Source: an uncultured archaeon (lineage in GTDB: Archaea; Asgardarchaeota; Lokiarchaeia; Sigyniarchaeales; SOKP01). From it: DNA of 64,000 nucleotides. This document shows, one piece after another, positions 55,601 through 61,500 of this stretch. Both the position numbers and the translations under genes were made by a program. The DNA lies in contig CAZALK010000021.1 of the NCBI GenBank assembly GCA_964486045.1, positions 8,684-72,683 of the forward strand, written 5' to 3'. A model generated the notes under the pieces. It was not told where the DNA came from. It did no database searches and was given only the letters and a program-made list of their open reading frames with translations. Numbering within the stretch: position 1 is the first letter of the stretch; the number at the start of each line of letters is the position of its first letter.

Positions 55601-58600
55601 CATATTAGTCGAAAATTAGATGAATTCGTTACAGAAATGGTGGAAAGGCATGGTATTACTAAAAATGAAATGGCTAATGAGGGAATGTTTGTAAGTCATG
55701 AAACATATTCCCCAGCTCGAGGAGGAAGTGCTGAATCTGAACTAGATGCTTTAGAACAAACTTTTGGTAAAAATGCTTATGATATAGTAATAGTCAATAC
55801 TAAAGGTTACACGGGTCATGCAATGGGAGCAGGAATTGAAGAAGCAGTAGCGATAAAATCCATGGAGAGGGGTATTATTCCTCCCGTAGCAAATTTGAAA
55901 AGAATTGATCCAAATTTTAAAAAATTTAAATTTGCCAAAGGTTCAAATGAAAGGAAAAAATATGCCCTACGTCTAGCTGCTGGGTTTGGTTCTCAACTCG
56001 CTCTTGTTTTGTTCCGTTTAGTTTCTTATAATAATCGGTTAGGTAAAATTGAGTATAGTCGTTGGCTTCAAAAAATAGGAGGAGGTATGAAGCATTTGTT
56101 TGATGATGGAAGAGTATTAAAGATGAACACAGAGCTTATTAAACCTACCCAAACATCTTTATCACCAAATTCAAAGGAAACTACTCAAAGATCAGATATT
56201 ATTGAAACGATTGATATCTCAAATCAAATCAAACAAATTATTTCATCAAAAACAGGCTATGATCCTGGCGATATTGAAGAAGATTATGATTTGGAAGAAG
56301 ACCTTGGAATTGATACCGTAAAGCAGGCAGAAATTTTTGGAGAAATTCGAGAAAAATGGAATATTGAAATTGATGATTCATTCAATTTAGCAGATTATCG
56401 AACAATTAATGCTATTGTTCAAATGCTTACTGAATTTTTGGATTCTGATACTTCCTCCAGTACAGTTGTTTTTAGTCCAGATAACAGACAACTTGAAGAA
56501 AAACTAATTCAGATTATTTCTGAAAAAACAGGGTATGACACCGAAGATATTGATGTGAATTTTGATCTGGAAGAAGATTTAGGTATCGATACTGTGAAAC
56601 AAGCAGAAATTTTTGGGGAAATGCGAAATTTTCTGAAGATCCCAGAAGAAACAGAAATAAATCTAGCAGGATTAAAAAGTATTAAAGACATAATTCAACA
56701 AATTCAAGAAAACTTAAATATCCAAAGTATAAAAACCGATACTGATGTTCCACAAAAAGACATAACTACGGAAATGGGTGAAACTTCAAATACAAAACAA
56801 GTGAGTAATGTGGTGAAGAAGATCATTGCCGACAAAACAGGCTATGAAATTTCGGATATTGAGGATTCTTATGACTTAGAAGAAGATTTGGGGATTGATA
56901 CAGTAAAACAAGCTGAGATTTTCGGTGAATTGCGAGAGTTTTATAATCTAGAAGAATCTATTGAGATCAATTTGACAGAAATACGCACACCTTCTGAGAT
57001 AACAAATTTTATTATGCAGTTTGTGAGTAAAACTCTAAAATTAGAGGAAGAAAAATTAGAGATCCCTATAAATATGGGAAAATCCTTAGAGAAACTGGAG
57101 GAGGACGTTGAGGAAGAGATTTACGTCTCACAAGTAATTCCTTCTCGTATTTTTAACCTACAATCTTCCAAAAAGATTCCAAAATTTAAGAATTTTGAAG
57201 CACTTATATTAAATATTAATTCAAGTTTATCAAATTACCAAAATTTACGTGAAGACTTCCAAAAAATAGGATTAAAAACTCAAATTTTCGACATTACTAG
57301 TGAAGAAAATTACATAAAAGATCTAAAAAATACAAAAAGTGAATCTCTTTTAGATGGTGATTTTAAAGTTATCATCCTAGTTGTTCCAGACAATACTCAA
57401 TATTCCCTCAATGATAGTTTGTCTTTTTTTGACAGTTTATTTATTATTTTTCAATCATTAAATATTTCTATTATAGAAAAAATCATTATTCTTTCTCCAG
57501 AAAGCTACTTCGGGTGGGAACAAGGGGCTAACGCTCTCTCTTCTAGTATTGGTGCTTTCATCAAATCTATTAATAGAGAGTTTCAAATACCAATCAAGCA
57601 CATTTACTCGGTGAATCCGGAGCAAATTAACCAAGAAATTTTAATATGGGATAATATTGAAGAGGTAGCCTATAAAGATAACATTCGGTATACATTGTTA
57701 AGAAAAAAAATAGAAGAATTTCCTAAACAAGGTAACTATTCAATAACAAAAGATGATGTATTATTGGCCACAGGAGGTGCCCAGGGAATCACTTTTGCTT
57801 GTATAGACGAATTGACGAATAGTATTAAACCACACCTGATATTACTAGGATTGGCCCCTTATGAGGATTCATTACATGAATACCTACATCAATCTCCAGA
57901 AAAATTAGAGGAAAAGAAGCAAGAAATAACTATTTTGATGAAGTCTAAACAGGAAAAGGTAACTCCTGTTATGATTAAAAGAGAATGGAAAAATTTTCAA
58001 GATAAATTGGATACTCTTCGAAACGTAGAAAGTTTAAGGAATAAGGGTTTAGAAGTCCAATATTACGCAGTTGATGTAACCAACGACGAAAAAATGCAAA
58101 AAACATTCCAACAAATCCATAAAGACGTTGAAAAACCAATAACGATCGTCGTTCATGGAGCTGGTATCGAAGAATCAAAGAGTTTTCTGAAGAAAAATTT
58201 GAAGATGGCCCATTTAGTTGTTAATGTTAAAGTAGGAGGCTTTTTAAATGTTCTCAAGCATTTAGAACTTCAAAACATGAAATTATTTATGGCATTTTCA
58301 TCAGTTGCTGGGCGTTATGGCAATCAAGGTCAAATTGATTATGCTTTTGCAAATGCTTATTTATCAAGGCTGGCTTGGGACTATTCTCAGCGAAAAATCC
58401 CATTCTTAGCTATAGATTGGACAGCTTGGGCAGGTATTGGAATGGCCACTCAGGGTTCAACCCTACAAATCCTTACTCAAGCAGGAGTTGTCCCTGTCCC
58501 ACCACAAATTGGTGTTAATATATTTTCCAAATTACTATTAAATAATTTCAAAGGAGAATATATTGTTGGTGGAAAACTGGGGATTTTTGAAGAAAAACTA

Positions 58601-60187
58601 AATGTTACTAAAACAATTAACAAATTGGAATTTCCGATGATAGATAAAATGAATTATCAACCAGATTTTATCATTGGTTCAAACACCCTAAACTCTGAAT
58701 TTGACATTTATTTACACGATCATCAAATTCAGCAAAAACCAGTATTCCCTGGTGTAATGGTTCTGGAAACTTTCGCAGAATTCTATAACAATGTATTTGA
58801 AAAACCCATGGCTTCTATTTCAAAAGTTAACTTCCACACTCCCTTAAAAATTCCATTAAACAAGCCAGTTGAAGTTGAACTGAAGTATAATTATTCTAAC
58901 AATGAAATTACTCTTTTATCGAAGACTTATCCTCTTGTTTTGAAAGGAAAACCCCTAATTAAGGAACACTTCAATGCAGAGCTTGGAAAATCAATAAAAA
59001 AAATGAAATGGAAAAAGGAACCTATTTTAGAACCATTAATCCCTCTACTTGATAAAAACGATATATACGAGATTTTCTTCCATGGAAAAAGTTTCCAAGT
59101 GTTAGATGAAATTATTCAACTAGAAAATGGAAAAATAATAGCAAAAGTTGATATTCCAACAACTTCACTAACCAGAAATAGTGAAGGAGATAAATTTCAA
59201 CTCGAACCATTAGCAATAGAAAGTATTTTTCAAACAGCCGCATTGTTTGATGTTATTGTTAATAATCACATATCTCTTCCCTCTAAAATTTCCACTCTTG
59301 AAATATTATCAAACCAAAAACCGAAATACATAGTTGCTAAATTTTTGAAAAAAGATAAAGAACGTTCATACTATAATTCTGTGATCTTGGATGAAAATCA
59401 CGAGATTATTATGAAAGTTTCAAATCTGGAAATTATCCATTCTCCACTTTCATTTGACATATCAGAAAGTCTATCTAATTATTTAGCTACATTAAAAGAA
59501 TATTATCTTCTTAAAAATGGTAAGAACTCTAACATTTTTCACATCCTTCCTATTGAGAAATTAAAACTTTTATATCAAACAGATCCAAAATTTTTAGAAA
59601 CTCATCTAACTGAATATGAAATTGATGCTTCCAAAAGATTTAGAAATGAAAAACGAAAACTCGAATATTTTTCAGGAATTATTACTGCGAAAGAATGTTA
59701 TATAAGACAATCACCTGAAATTCTCTCTTATCACGATATTGAAATTCAAAAGAATGAAAAAGGAAAACCTTTCTATTATTCAAACAATACTAAGCAGAAA
59801 ATCCCAATTAATCTTTCAATTAGCCATTCACATGAATTTTCTGTAGCAATCATGAGTAAAAACCAAGTTGGGATCGATTTAGAGATAATAGAATCACGAT
59901 CTCCTTCTTTCTATAAAGAAGTGTTTACTGAATCTGAGATAGAGTTAATTTCGGAAAATAATAAATTAGGTACTCTATATTTTACTGCTAAAGAAGCCTT
60001 TTCAAAAGCGATTGGGGAAGGTTTTAATGTTAATTTTCGTGATGTTGAATTAAAGTATAATGAAAAGCAGAAGAAATTTTCTTTGATCGCTAAAAAAGAT
60101 CAACCAGAATTCAATAAAAAATTCAAAAAATTAATATTAAAATCTGAATTCACTGAAAAATATGTGATATCTTATTGCGAGATTTAA
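49694..60187 (+). CDS. Type I iterative FAS/PKS-like megasynthase (PUFA-synthase-like): NMO-like barrel, ER, KS, AT, KS, ACP x3, psiKR/KR, DH, PPTase
   Basis: A single uninterrupted frame runs 49682..60187 (3501 codons from TTG). ATG at 49694 is the likelier start, 21 nt after the carboxyltransferase stop. Domain motifs are listed in the separate domain features. Residue numbers follow the 49682 ORF-track translation. Confidence 0.9.
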   Translation: MKKRKDVLDILGKGRIPIWGYSPKGITDPALSIEICRMGGVGLVDLEGLNINQCQTLLNKCFTLMSSDHLWGIRVSTNEILNYLEFQDVVPIIICAFSPDSKDIAKLKKTSNLLLSEVSYLEEAYKNADWAELFLVKGSEAGGMVGVKNSFILIQEFFKAGLSFVIQGGFGVFNISSAFIGGALGVVVESQLFLLPECPLSPEFKDYIKTIEETDFYIFKETSRFNYRLIGKLANKSIRSLKEIEKKEFSKLNEEFHAELGNLKEKLKTKINELANNQKIYSDLEPKHSWLPSDQGITFAKFILDSFNNLENFLQSIPKIIQKQLESVKERWPFAKNSDFAKNFNIIYPVIQGPMANVSDHIAFATKIAENGALPIFALGGLLENEASALLSEAKSSKLSETSYGSGIIGLEAVKARREEHLKLISKFGPKITLVAAGSVDLGLRVKNLGNTVLIHTPALSMFKDALKKHLDFMILEGSECGGHFGILSSFILWECILEYLYISKQERKEKVNLIFAGGIINDISTAMLAGMIGEHLDIINPGIQMGTAYLLSEEIVNTQALSPVYQALLLNNSCTTVIGTSVNTRARVIPSEFAFNTIKNENLRKTQGISISERKEMFEKDNLGALRIATKAEIWNENHIEGSGTTQFIPTSNKRQLTDGAFMTGESIALQKTLRSISQIHYDVIEGGRKSFNIKVSQLFNEILEYKPKKSEKKMGSGVSFGKKVAIIGLGGIFPDAENIPKFWENIKNKKYSIIEVPNERWDPEIFYNKDHSVPEKTYTKIGGFIKNFEFKSIKYRIPPKMAERMDLVQKLAVKTAEEALIDAGYPTNAKQRLPIATIVGNSSGGDAQRLSNKRIIFSEIKYRINEASSQKILNQDQKNNLLNFLEEKIVKQIPTINEDSMPGELSNIIAGRVANVFNLTGKSMSIDAACASSLAAIDTAINGLLVKDYDAVLVGGSDSSMDPQTFIKFCKIGALSENGSYPFDARADGFIMGEGAGFMVLRLLEDAIRDKNKIYAIISGYGGSSDGKGKGITAPNPDGQRLAIERALNDSNTKPSEIQYLECHGTSTIVGDATELNVLKQFFSGRDMNQKLAIGSIKSQIGHLKSASGIAGIIKSVLALHHKIIPPSVNYVTPNPSIDWETSPYYVNTEPISWISPEDNIRRAGVSSFGFGGTNYHVILEEFIPQLYDATPFASQKDPIPDNLLDSIPSTIAVSPELCFLFSGQGSQYVGMAKELYQKYQIIKNTLDNANEICKNFGGFDLLEIIFGSPEITEEESSNKLRQTQYTQPAIYSVEMALYNLFYSKGIIPGLVGGHSLGEFAALVTAGVLNFEDGLKVVITRGKAMAELPPGVECTMAAIFASSEIVEKTLKELSVENVSISNYNSTSQIVIAGEVSEIESAVSTFSEKGIRAIKLNVSNAFHSKYVAHAEEKLKSFLKSIKFNTPRIPVFSNVTGKIYPEDPEKIKSILLKQITSPVRWVDETLNIYHHGGRKFLEIGPKKALFFFTKDILKKHKNIEVNYTLSPKAPEGEHIQKILEQFKTLAPKKSVEPVKTALQSQQVSKSSLTPTSTRVPTTQFIPRSNDEINKIRQLPFFNEFLEEQKELLSSVLIQGFQSYMKKYQSSFKQPSTLDGPKFNADPIMITGVGLGLPGKNRNVFDDQNIDDILHGINLIEPVGKEFETQLLQQNIIRLEKSPNGNATFQPVDELSKVIHLAGQLGKFNPTDDYQFDAKMLNALDITYQLAICAGYDALKDAGIPLVRTRIKTSTGKILPGDWVLPEDIQDETGIVFASAFPGLDNFTDELSSKSDGDASERDNNFNRAFLFRVLSMGHSQFAQLIKAKGPNTAVNAACASTPQAIGVAEDWIRTGRCKRVIVISADNVTSKNLFQWIGAGFLTSGAATTQSRWEDAVLPFGKGRNGIIIGAGAGAFVIEQESEAKARGVKPIVEILGTSFVNSAYHGTRLDKAHISRKLDEFVTEMVERHGITKNEMANEGMFVSHETYSPARGGSAESELDALEQTFGKNAYDIVIVNTKGYTGHAMGAGIEEAVAIKSMERGIIPPVANLKRIDPNFKKFKFAKGSNERKKYALRLAAGFGSQLALVLFRLVSYNNRLGKIEYSRWLQKIGGGMKHLFDDGRVLKMNTELIKPTQTSLSPNSKETTQRSDIIETIDISNQIKQIISSKTGYDPGDIEEDYDLEEDLGIDTVKQAEIFGEIREKWNIEIDDSFNLADYRTINAIVQMLTEFLDSDTSSSTVVFSPDNRQLEEKLIQIISEKTGYDTEDIDVNFDLEEDLGIDTVKQAEIFGEMRNFLKIPEETEINLAGLKSIKDIIQQIQENLNIQSIKTDTDVPQKDITTEMGETSNTKQVSNVVKKIIADKTGYEISDIEDSYDLEEDLGIDTVKQAEIFGELREFYNLEESIEINLTEIRTPSEITNFIMQFVSKTLKLEEEKLEIPINMGKSLEKLEEDVEEEIYVSQVIPSRIFNLQSSKKIPKFKNFEALILNINSSLSNYQNLREDFQKIGLKTQIFDITSEENYIKDLKNTKSESLLDGDFKVIILVVPDNTQYSLNDSLSFFDSLFIIFQSLNISIIEKIIILSPESYFGWEQGANALSSSIGAFIKSINREFQIPIKHIYSVNPEQINQEILIWDNIEEVAYKDNIRYTLLRKKIEEFPKQGNYSITKDDVLLATGGAQGITFACIDELTNSIKPHLILLGLAPYEDSLHEYLHQSPEKLEEKKQEITILMKSKQEKVTPVMIKREWKNFQDKLDTLRNVESLRNKGLEVQYYAVDVTNDEKMQKTFQQIHKDVEKPITIVVHGAGIEESKSFLKKNLKMAHLVVNVKVGGFLNVLKHLELQNMKLFMAFSSVAGRYGNQGQIDYAFANAYLSRLAWDYSQRKIPFLAIDWTAWAGIGMATQGSTLQILTQAGVVPVPPQIGVNIFSKLLLNNFKGEYIVGGKLGIFEEKLNVTKTINKLEFPMIDKMNYQPDFIIGSNTLNSEFDIYLHDHQIQQKPVFPGVMVLETFAEFYNNVFEKPMASISKVNFHTPLKIPLNKPVEVELKYNYSNNEITLLSKTYPLVLKGKPLIKEHFNAELGKSIKKMKWKKEPILEPLIPLLDKNDIYEIFFHGKSFQVLDEIIQLENGKIIAKVDIPTTSLTRNSEGDKFQLEPLAIESIFQTAALFDVIVNNHISLPSKISTLEILSNQKPKYIVAKFLKKDKERSYYNSVILDENHEIIMKVSNLEIIHSPLSFDISESLSNYLATLKEYYLLKNGKNSNIFHILPIEKLKLLYQTDPKFLETHLTEYEIDASKRFRNEKRKLEYFSGIITAKECYIRQSPEILSYHDIEIQKNEKGKPFYYSNNTKQKIPINLSISHSHEFSVAIMSKNQVGIDLEIIESRSPSFYKEVFTESEIELISENNKLGTLYFTAKEAFSKAIGEGFNVNFRDVELKYNEKQKKFSLIAKKDQPEFNKKFKKLILKSEFTEKYVISYCEI
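49733..50326 (+). other. Megasynthase domain 1: short NMO/FabK-like TIM-barrel lacking the conserved His
   Basis: About aa 18-215. It has ICRMGGVGLVDL, LWGIRV, LVKGSEAGGMVG (Met148, ATG 50123..50125, sits where the family has GGH), VIQGGFG, and GALGVVVESQLFLLPEC. Confidence 0.55.
50726..51751 (+). other. Megasynthase domain 2: FMN-type enoyl reductase (NMO / FabK / PfaD-like)
   Basis: About aa 349-690. It has NIIYPVIQGPMANVSDHIAFATKIAENGALPIFALGG, ILEGSECGGHFG (His488, CAT 51143..51145), IFAGGIINDISTAMLAGM and IQMGTAYLLSEE. Confidence 0.75.
51863..53245 (+). other. Megasynthase domain 3: ketosynthase KS1 (Cys-His-His)
   Basis: It has KKVAIIGLGGIFPDA, IDAACASSLAAI (Cys936, TGT 52487..52489), YLECHGTSTIVGD (His1070, 52889..52891), SQIGHLKSASG (His1109, 53006..53008) and SSFGFGGTNYHVILEE. 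Confidence 0.9.
53351..54215 (+). other. Megasynthase domain 4: acyltransferase (malonyl-CoA:ACP transacylase type)
   Basis: It has LCFLFSGQGSQYVGM, QTQYTQPAIY, GHSLGEFAAL (Ser1322, AGT 53645..53647), NVSNAFHSKYV and PVRWVD. Confidence 0.9.
54614..56020 (+). other. Megasynthase domain 5: second ketosynthase KS2, divergent but with an intact Cys-His-His
   Basis: It has DPIMITGVGLGLPG, GPNTAVNAACASTPQAIG (Cys1858, TGT 55253..55255), FVSHETYSPARGGSAESELDAL (His aligned to the CHGT of KS1), NTKGYTGHAMGAG and LAAGFGSQLALVLF. Confidence 0.8.
56216..56440 (+). other. Megasynthase domain 6a: ACP repeat 1 (PfaA-type) with Thr at the expected Ser position
   Basis: The sequence is IISSKTGYDPGDIEEDYDLEEDLGIDTVKQAEIFGEIRE. 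Thr2212 is encoded by ACC at 56315..56317. Confidence 0.8.
56492..56716 (+). other. Megasynthase domain 6b: ACP repeat 2 with Thr at the expected Ser position
   Basis: The sequence is IISEKTGYDTEDIDVNFDLEEDLGIDTVKQAEIFGEMRN. Thr2304 is encoded by ACT at 56591..56593. Confidence 0.8.
56801..57036 (+). other. Megasynthase domain 6c: ACP repeat 3 with Thr at the expected Ser position
   Basis: The sequence is IIADKTGYEISDIEDSYDLEEDLGIDTVKQAEIFGELRE. Thr2407 is encoded by ACA at 56900..56902. Confidence 0.8.
57361..58590 (+). other. Megasynthase domain 7: ketoreductase (structural psiKR sub-domain + catalytic KR)
   Basis: The psiKR part is FKVIILVVPDN...IIILSPESYFGWEQGANALSSSIGAFIKSINREF. The catalytic part starts at about 57752 with VLLATGGAQGITFACI, VVHGAGI and FSSVAGRYGNQGQIDYAFANAYL (Tyr2887, TAT 58340..58342). 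Confidence 0.8.
58636..59460 (+). other. Megasynthase domain 8: PKS-type (double hot-dog) dehydratase
   Basis: YLHDHQIQQKPVFPGVMVLE follows the HxxxGxxxxP-type motif with Gln in place of Gly (His3014, CAT 58721..58723). A later LEPLAIESIFQTAALF corresponds to the DxxxQ-like motif, here ExxxQ. Confidence 0.7.
59607..60184 (+). other. Megasynthase domain 9: C-terminal 4'-phosphopantetheinyl transferase
   Basis: It has RFRNEKRKLEYFSGIITAKECYIR, KNEKGKPFY, LSISHSHEFSVAIMS, VGIDLEIIESR, FTESEIELI and LYFTAKEAFSKAIGEGF. The last two match the PPTase motifs GIDxE and W/FxxKEAxxKxxG. Confidence 0.8.
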
Positions 60188-60220
60188 TTTTTGATTGTCG
60201 TTATAAACTCGGTGTAAATC

Positions 60221-61000
60221 ATGGAAAAAATCATAATAGAAATTAAGGTACGCTCTGAAATTTTACACAGTATTCTTTTTTTACCTGAATCCAAGAATGG
60301 TAAACTCTTCCCTCTCGTTATCCGTGTTAATGGGTTGCCAGGAAAATCACCCGAAGAAGATGAGCAAAGATTTGCACAATATTTTATAGAAAATAACATT
60401 GCTTATTTCACTTACGATCATCAAGGAGTAAGAACGAGTACTGGAGTTTTCACCTATTATGATGCTCAAGCAAATATTGAAGAAGTAATAAATATTTTAG
60501 TCCATAATCCAAAAATTAATCCATTAAAAATTGGATTGCTGGGTGAAAGTTTTGGTGGGGCAATGATTCTTTGCCATGCCGTTAGAGATAAACGAGTAAA
60601 ATGTCTTGCTGTTCGCTCGCCAGTTTTTGACACCGAAATTATCCCTAAAAATCCGTTGTTTAAGTTTTTCATAAGAGCGTTGACTCGAAATAAGGAAATG
60701 AGGTTTGCAGATATTGATTTTAAGAAAGAATATTCTAAACAAACTAAGCAATTTAATCCTGACAAATTAGCTAATTTTTTAACAAAACCATTTTATCTAA
60801 TCGCAGGAAATAAAGATGCGTTATTCCCAGAAAAAGGATTTCATGAGCTTTTTAACAAAGTTAAATCTAAGGAGAAAAAAATTGAGATACTTGATGGGGC
60901 GAACCATAATTTTACTGATAAAAATCATTTTCAAACAATGTGTGAGAAGGTCGTTGAATTTTTTAATATTCATCTAGTATCAAATAATAAAAATCTATAA
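60221..61000 (+). CDS. Alpha/beta-hydrolase (candidate thioesterase/releasing enzyme for the megasynthase)
   Basis: 259-aa ORF starting 33 nt after the megasynthase stop. The nucleophile elbow is LLGESFGGAM, the acid candidate is AGNKDALFP, and the His candidate is DGANHNF. A thioesterase role is inferred from position only. Confidence 0.6.
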   Translation: MEKIIIEIKVRSEILHSILFLPESKNGKLFPLVIRVNGLPGKSPEEDEQRFAQYFIENNIAYFTYDHQGVRTSTGVFTYYDAQANIEEVINILVHNPKINPLKIGLLGESFGGAMILCHAVRDKRVKCLAVRSPVFDTEIIPKNPLFKFFIRALTRNKEMRFADIDFKKEYSKQTKQFNPDKLANFLTKPFYLIAGNKDALFPEKGFHELFNKVKSKEKKIEILDGANHNFTDKNHFQTMCEKVVEFFNIHLVSNNKNL

Positions 61001-61013
61001 AGAGAGAATATTC

Positions 61014-61490
61014 ATGCAAAGACAAGTCAAATTTCGCGGAAGAGACTATATCATCACTCCGCTAGACGATGGAAAATTAAAGGTTGATGATCATATTTAT
61101 TCCCCAATAGTGATTCAAGAGACTGCAAAATTATATCGAGTGACATTTGAGGATTGCCAGTTTAATTTGGAACTTATTGATGGAAAATTGTTTTTAGAGG
61201 GTGAAGAAATTGATATTGAAATAAAACCCTATTTAAAAGCAGTAGATTCTGGTTCTGCAAGCCAAGTAGCGAAAATGGTTATAGTAAGGGCTCCTATTCC
61301 CGGGAAAATTTTACAAATTTTAACACGGGAGAACGAACGTGTTGAAAAAGAACAGCTAATTCTTATATTAGAAGCGATGAAAATGAAAAATAGGATATTA
61401 TCTCCTATAAAGGGTACTATTACACAAATTTTTGTTGATGTTGATGAGAATGTTGGACAAGATCAACAGTTAATTAAAATTGAAAATTAG
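61014..61490 (+). CDS. Biotin carboxyl carrier protein (biotinyl domain) with an unrecognised N-terminal ~80 aa
   Basis: 158-aa ORF starting 13 nt after the hydrolase stop. The C-terminal biotinyl domain is APIPGKILQILTRENERVEKEQLILILEAMKMKNRILSPIKGTITQIFV. The biotinyl-Lys123 of the AMKM motif is AAA at 61380..61382. Confidence 0.85.
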   Translation: MQRQVKFRGRDYIITPLDDGKLKVDDHIYSPIVIQETAKLYRVTFEDCQFNLELIDGKLFLEGEEIDIEIKPYLKAVDSGSASQVAKMVIVRAPIPGKILQILTRENERVEKEQLILILEAMKMKNRILSPIKGTITQIFVDVDENVGQDQQLIKIEN

Positions 61491-61500
61491 ATTTTGTTAC

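Larger units (their letters stand above)
56216..57036 (+). repeat. Three tandem ACP-encoding repeats (about 92-103 codons apart)
   Basis: The core D(L)EEDLGIDTVKQAEIFGE is identical at protein level in all three copies. The DNA has diverged at synonymous sites. Confidence 0.9.

Noticed and set aside
54614-56020. Interpreting the second KS as a chain-length factor (CLF), as in PfaC.
   Set aside because: The active-site Cys (NAACAST) and both His motifs are present, whereas CLFs characteristically lack the Cys. I therefore annotated it as a potentially active KS.
49694-60187. Interpreting the megasynthase as an NRPS or hybrid NRPS-PKS, or as a modular (multi-module) PKS.
   Set aside because: I found no adenylation (e.g. 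SGTTGxPKG) or condensation (HHxxxDG) motifs. There is a single AT, KR, DH and ER set with tandem ACPs, which fits an iterative synthase.
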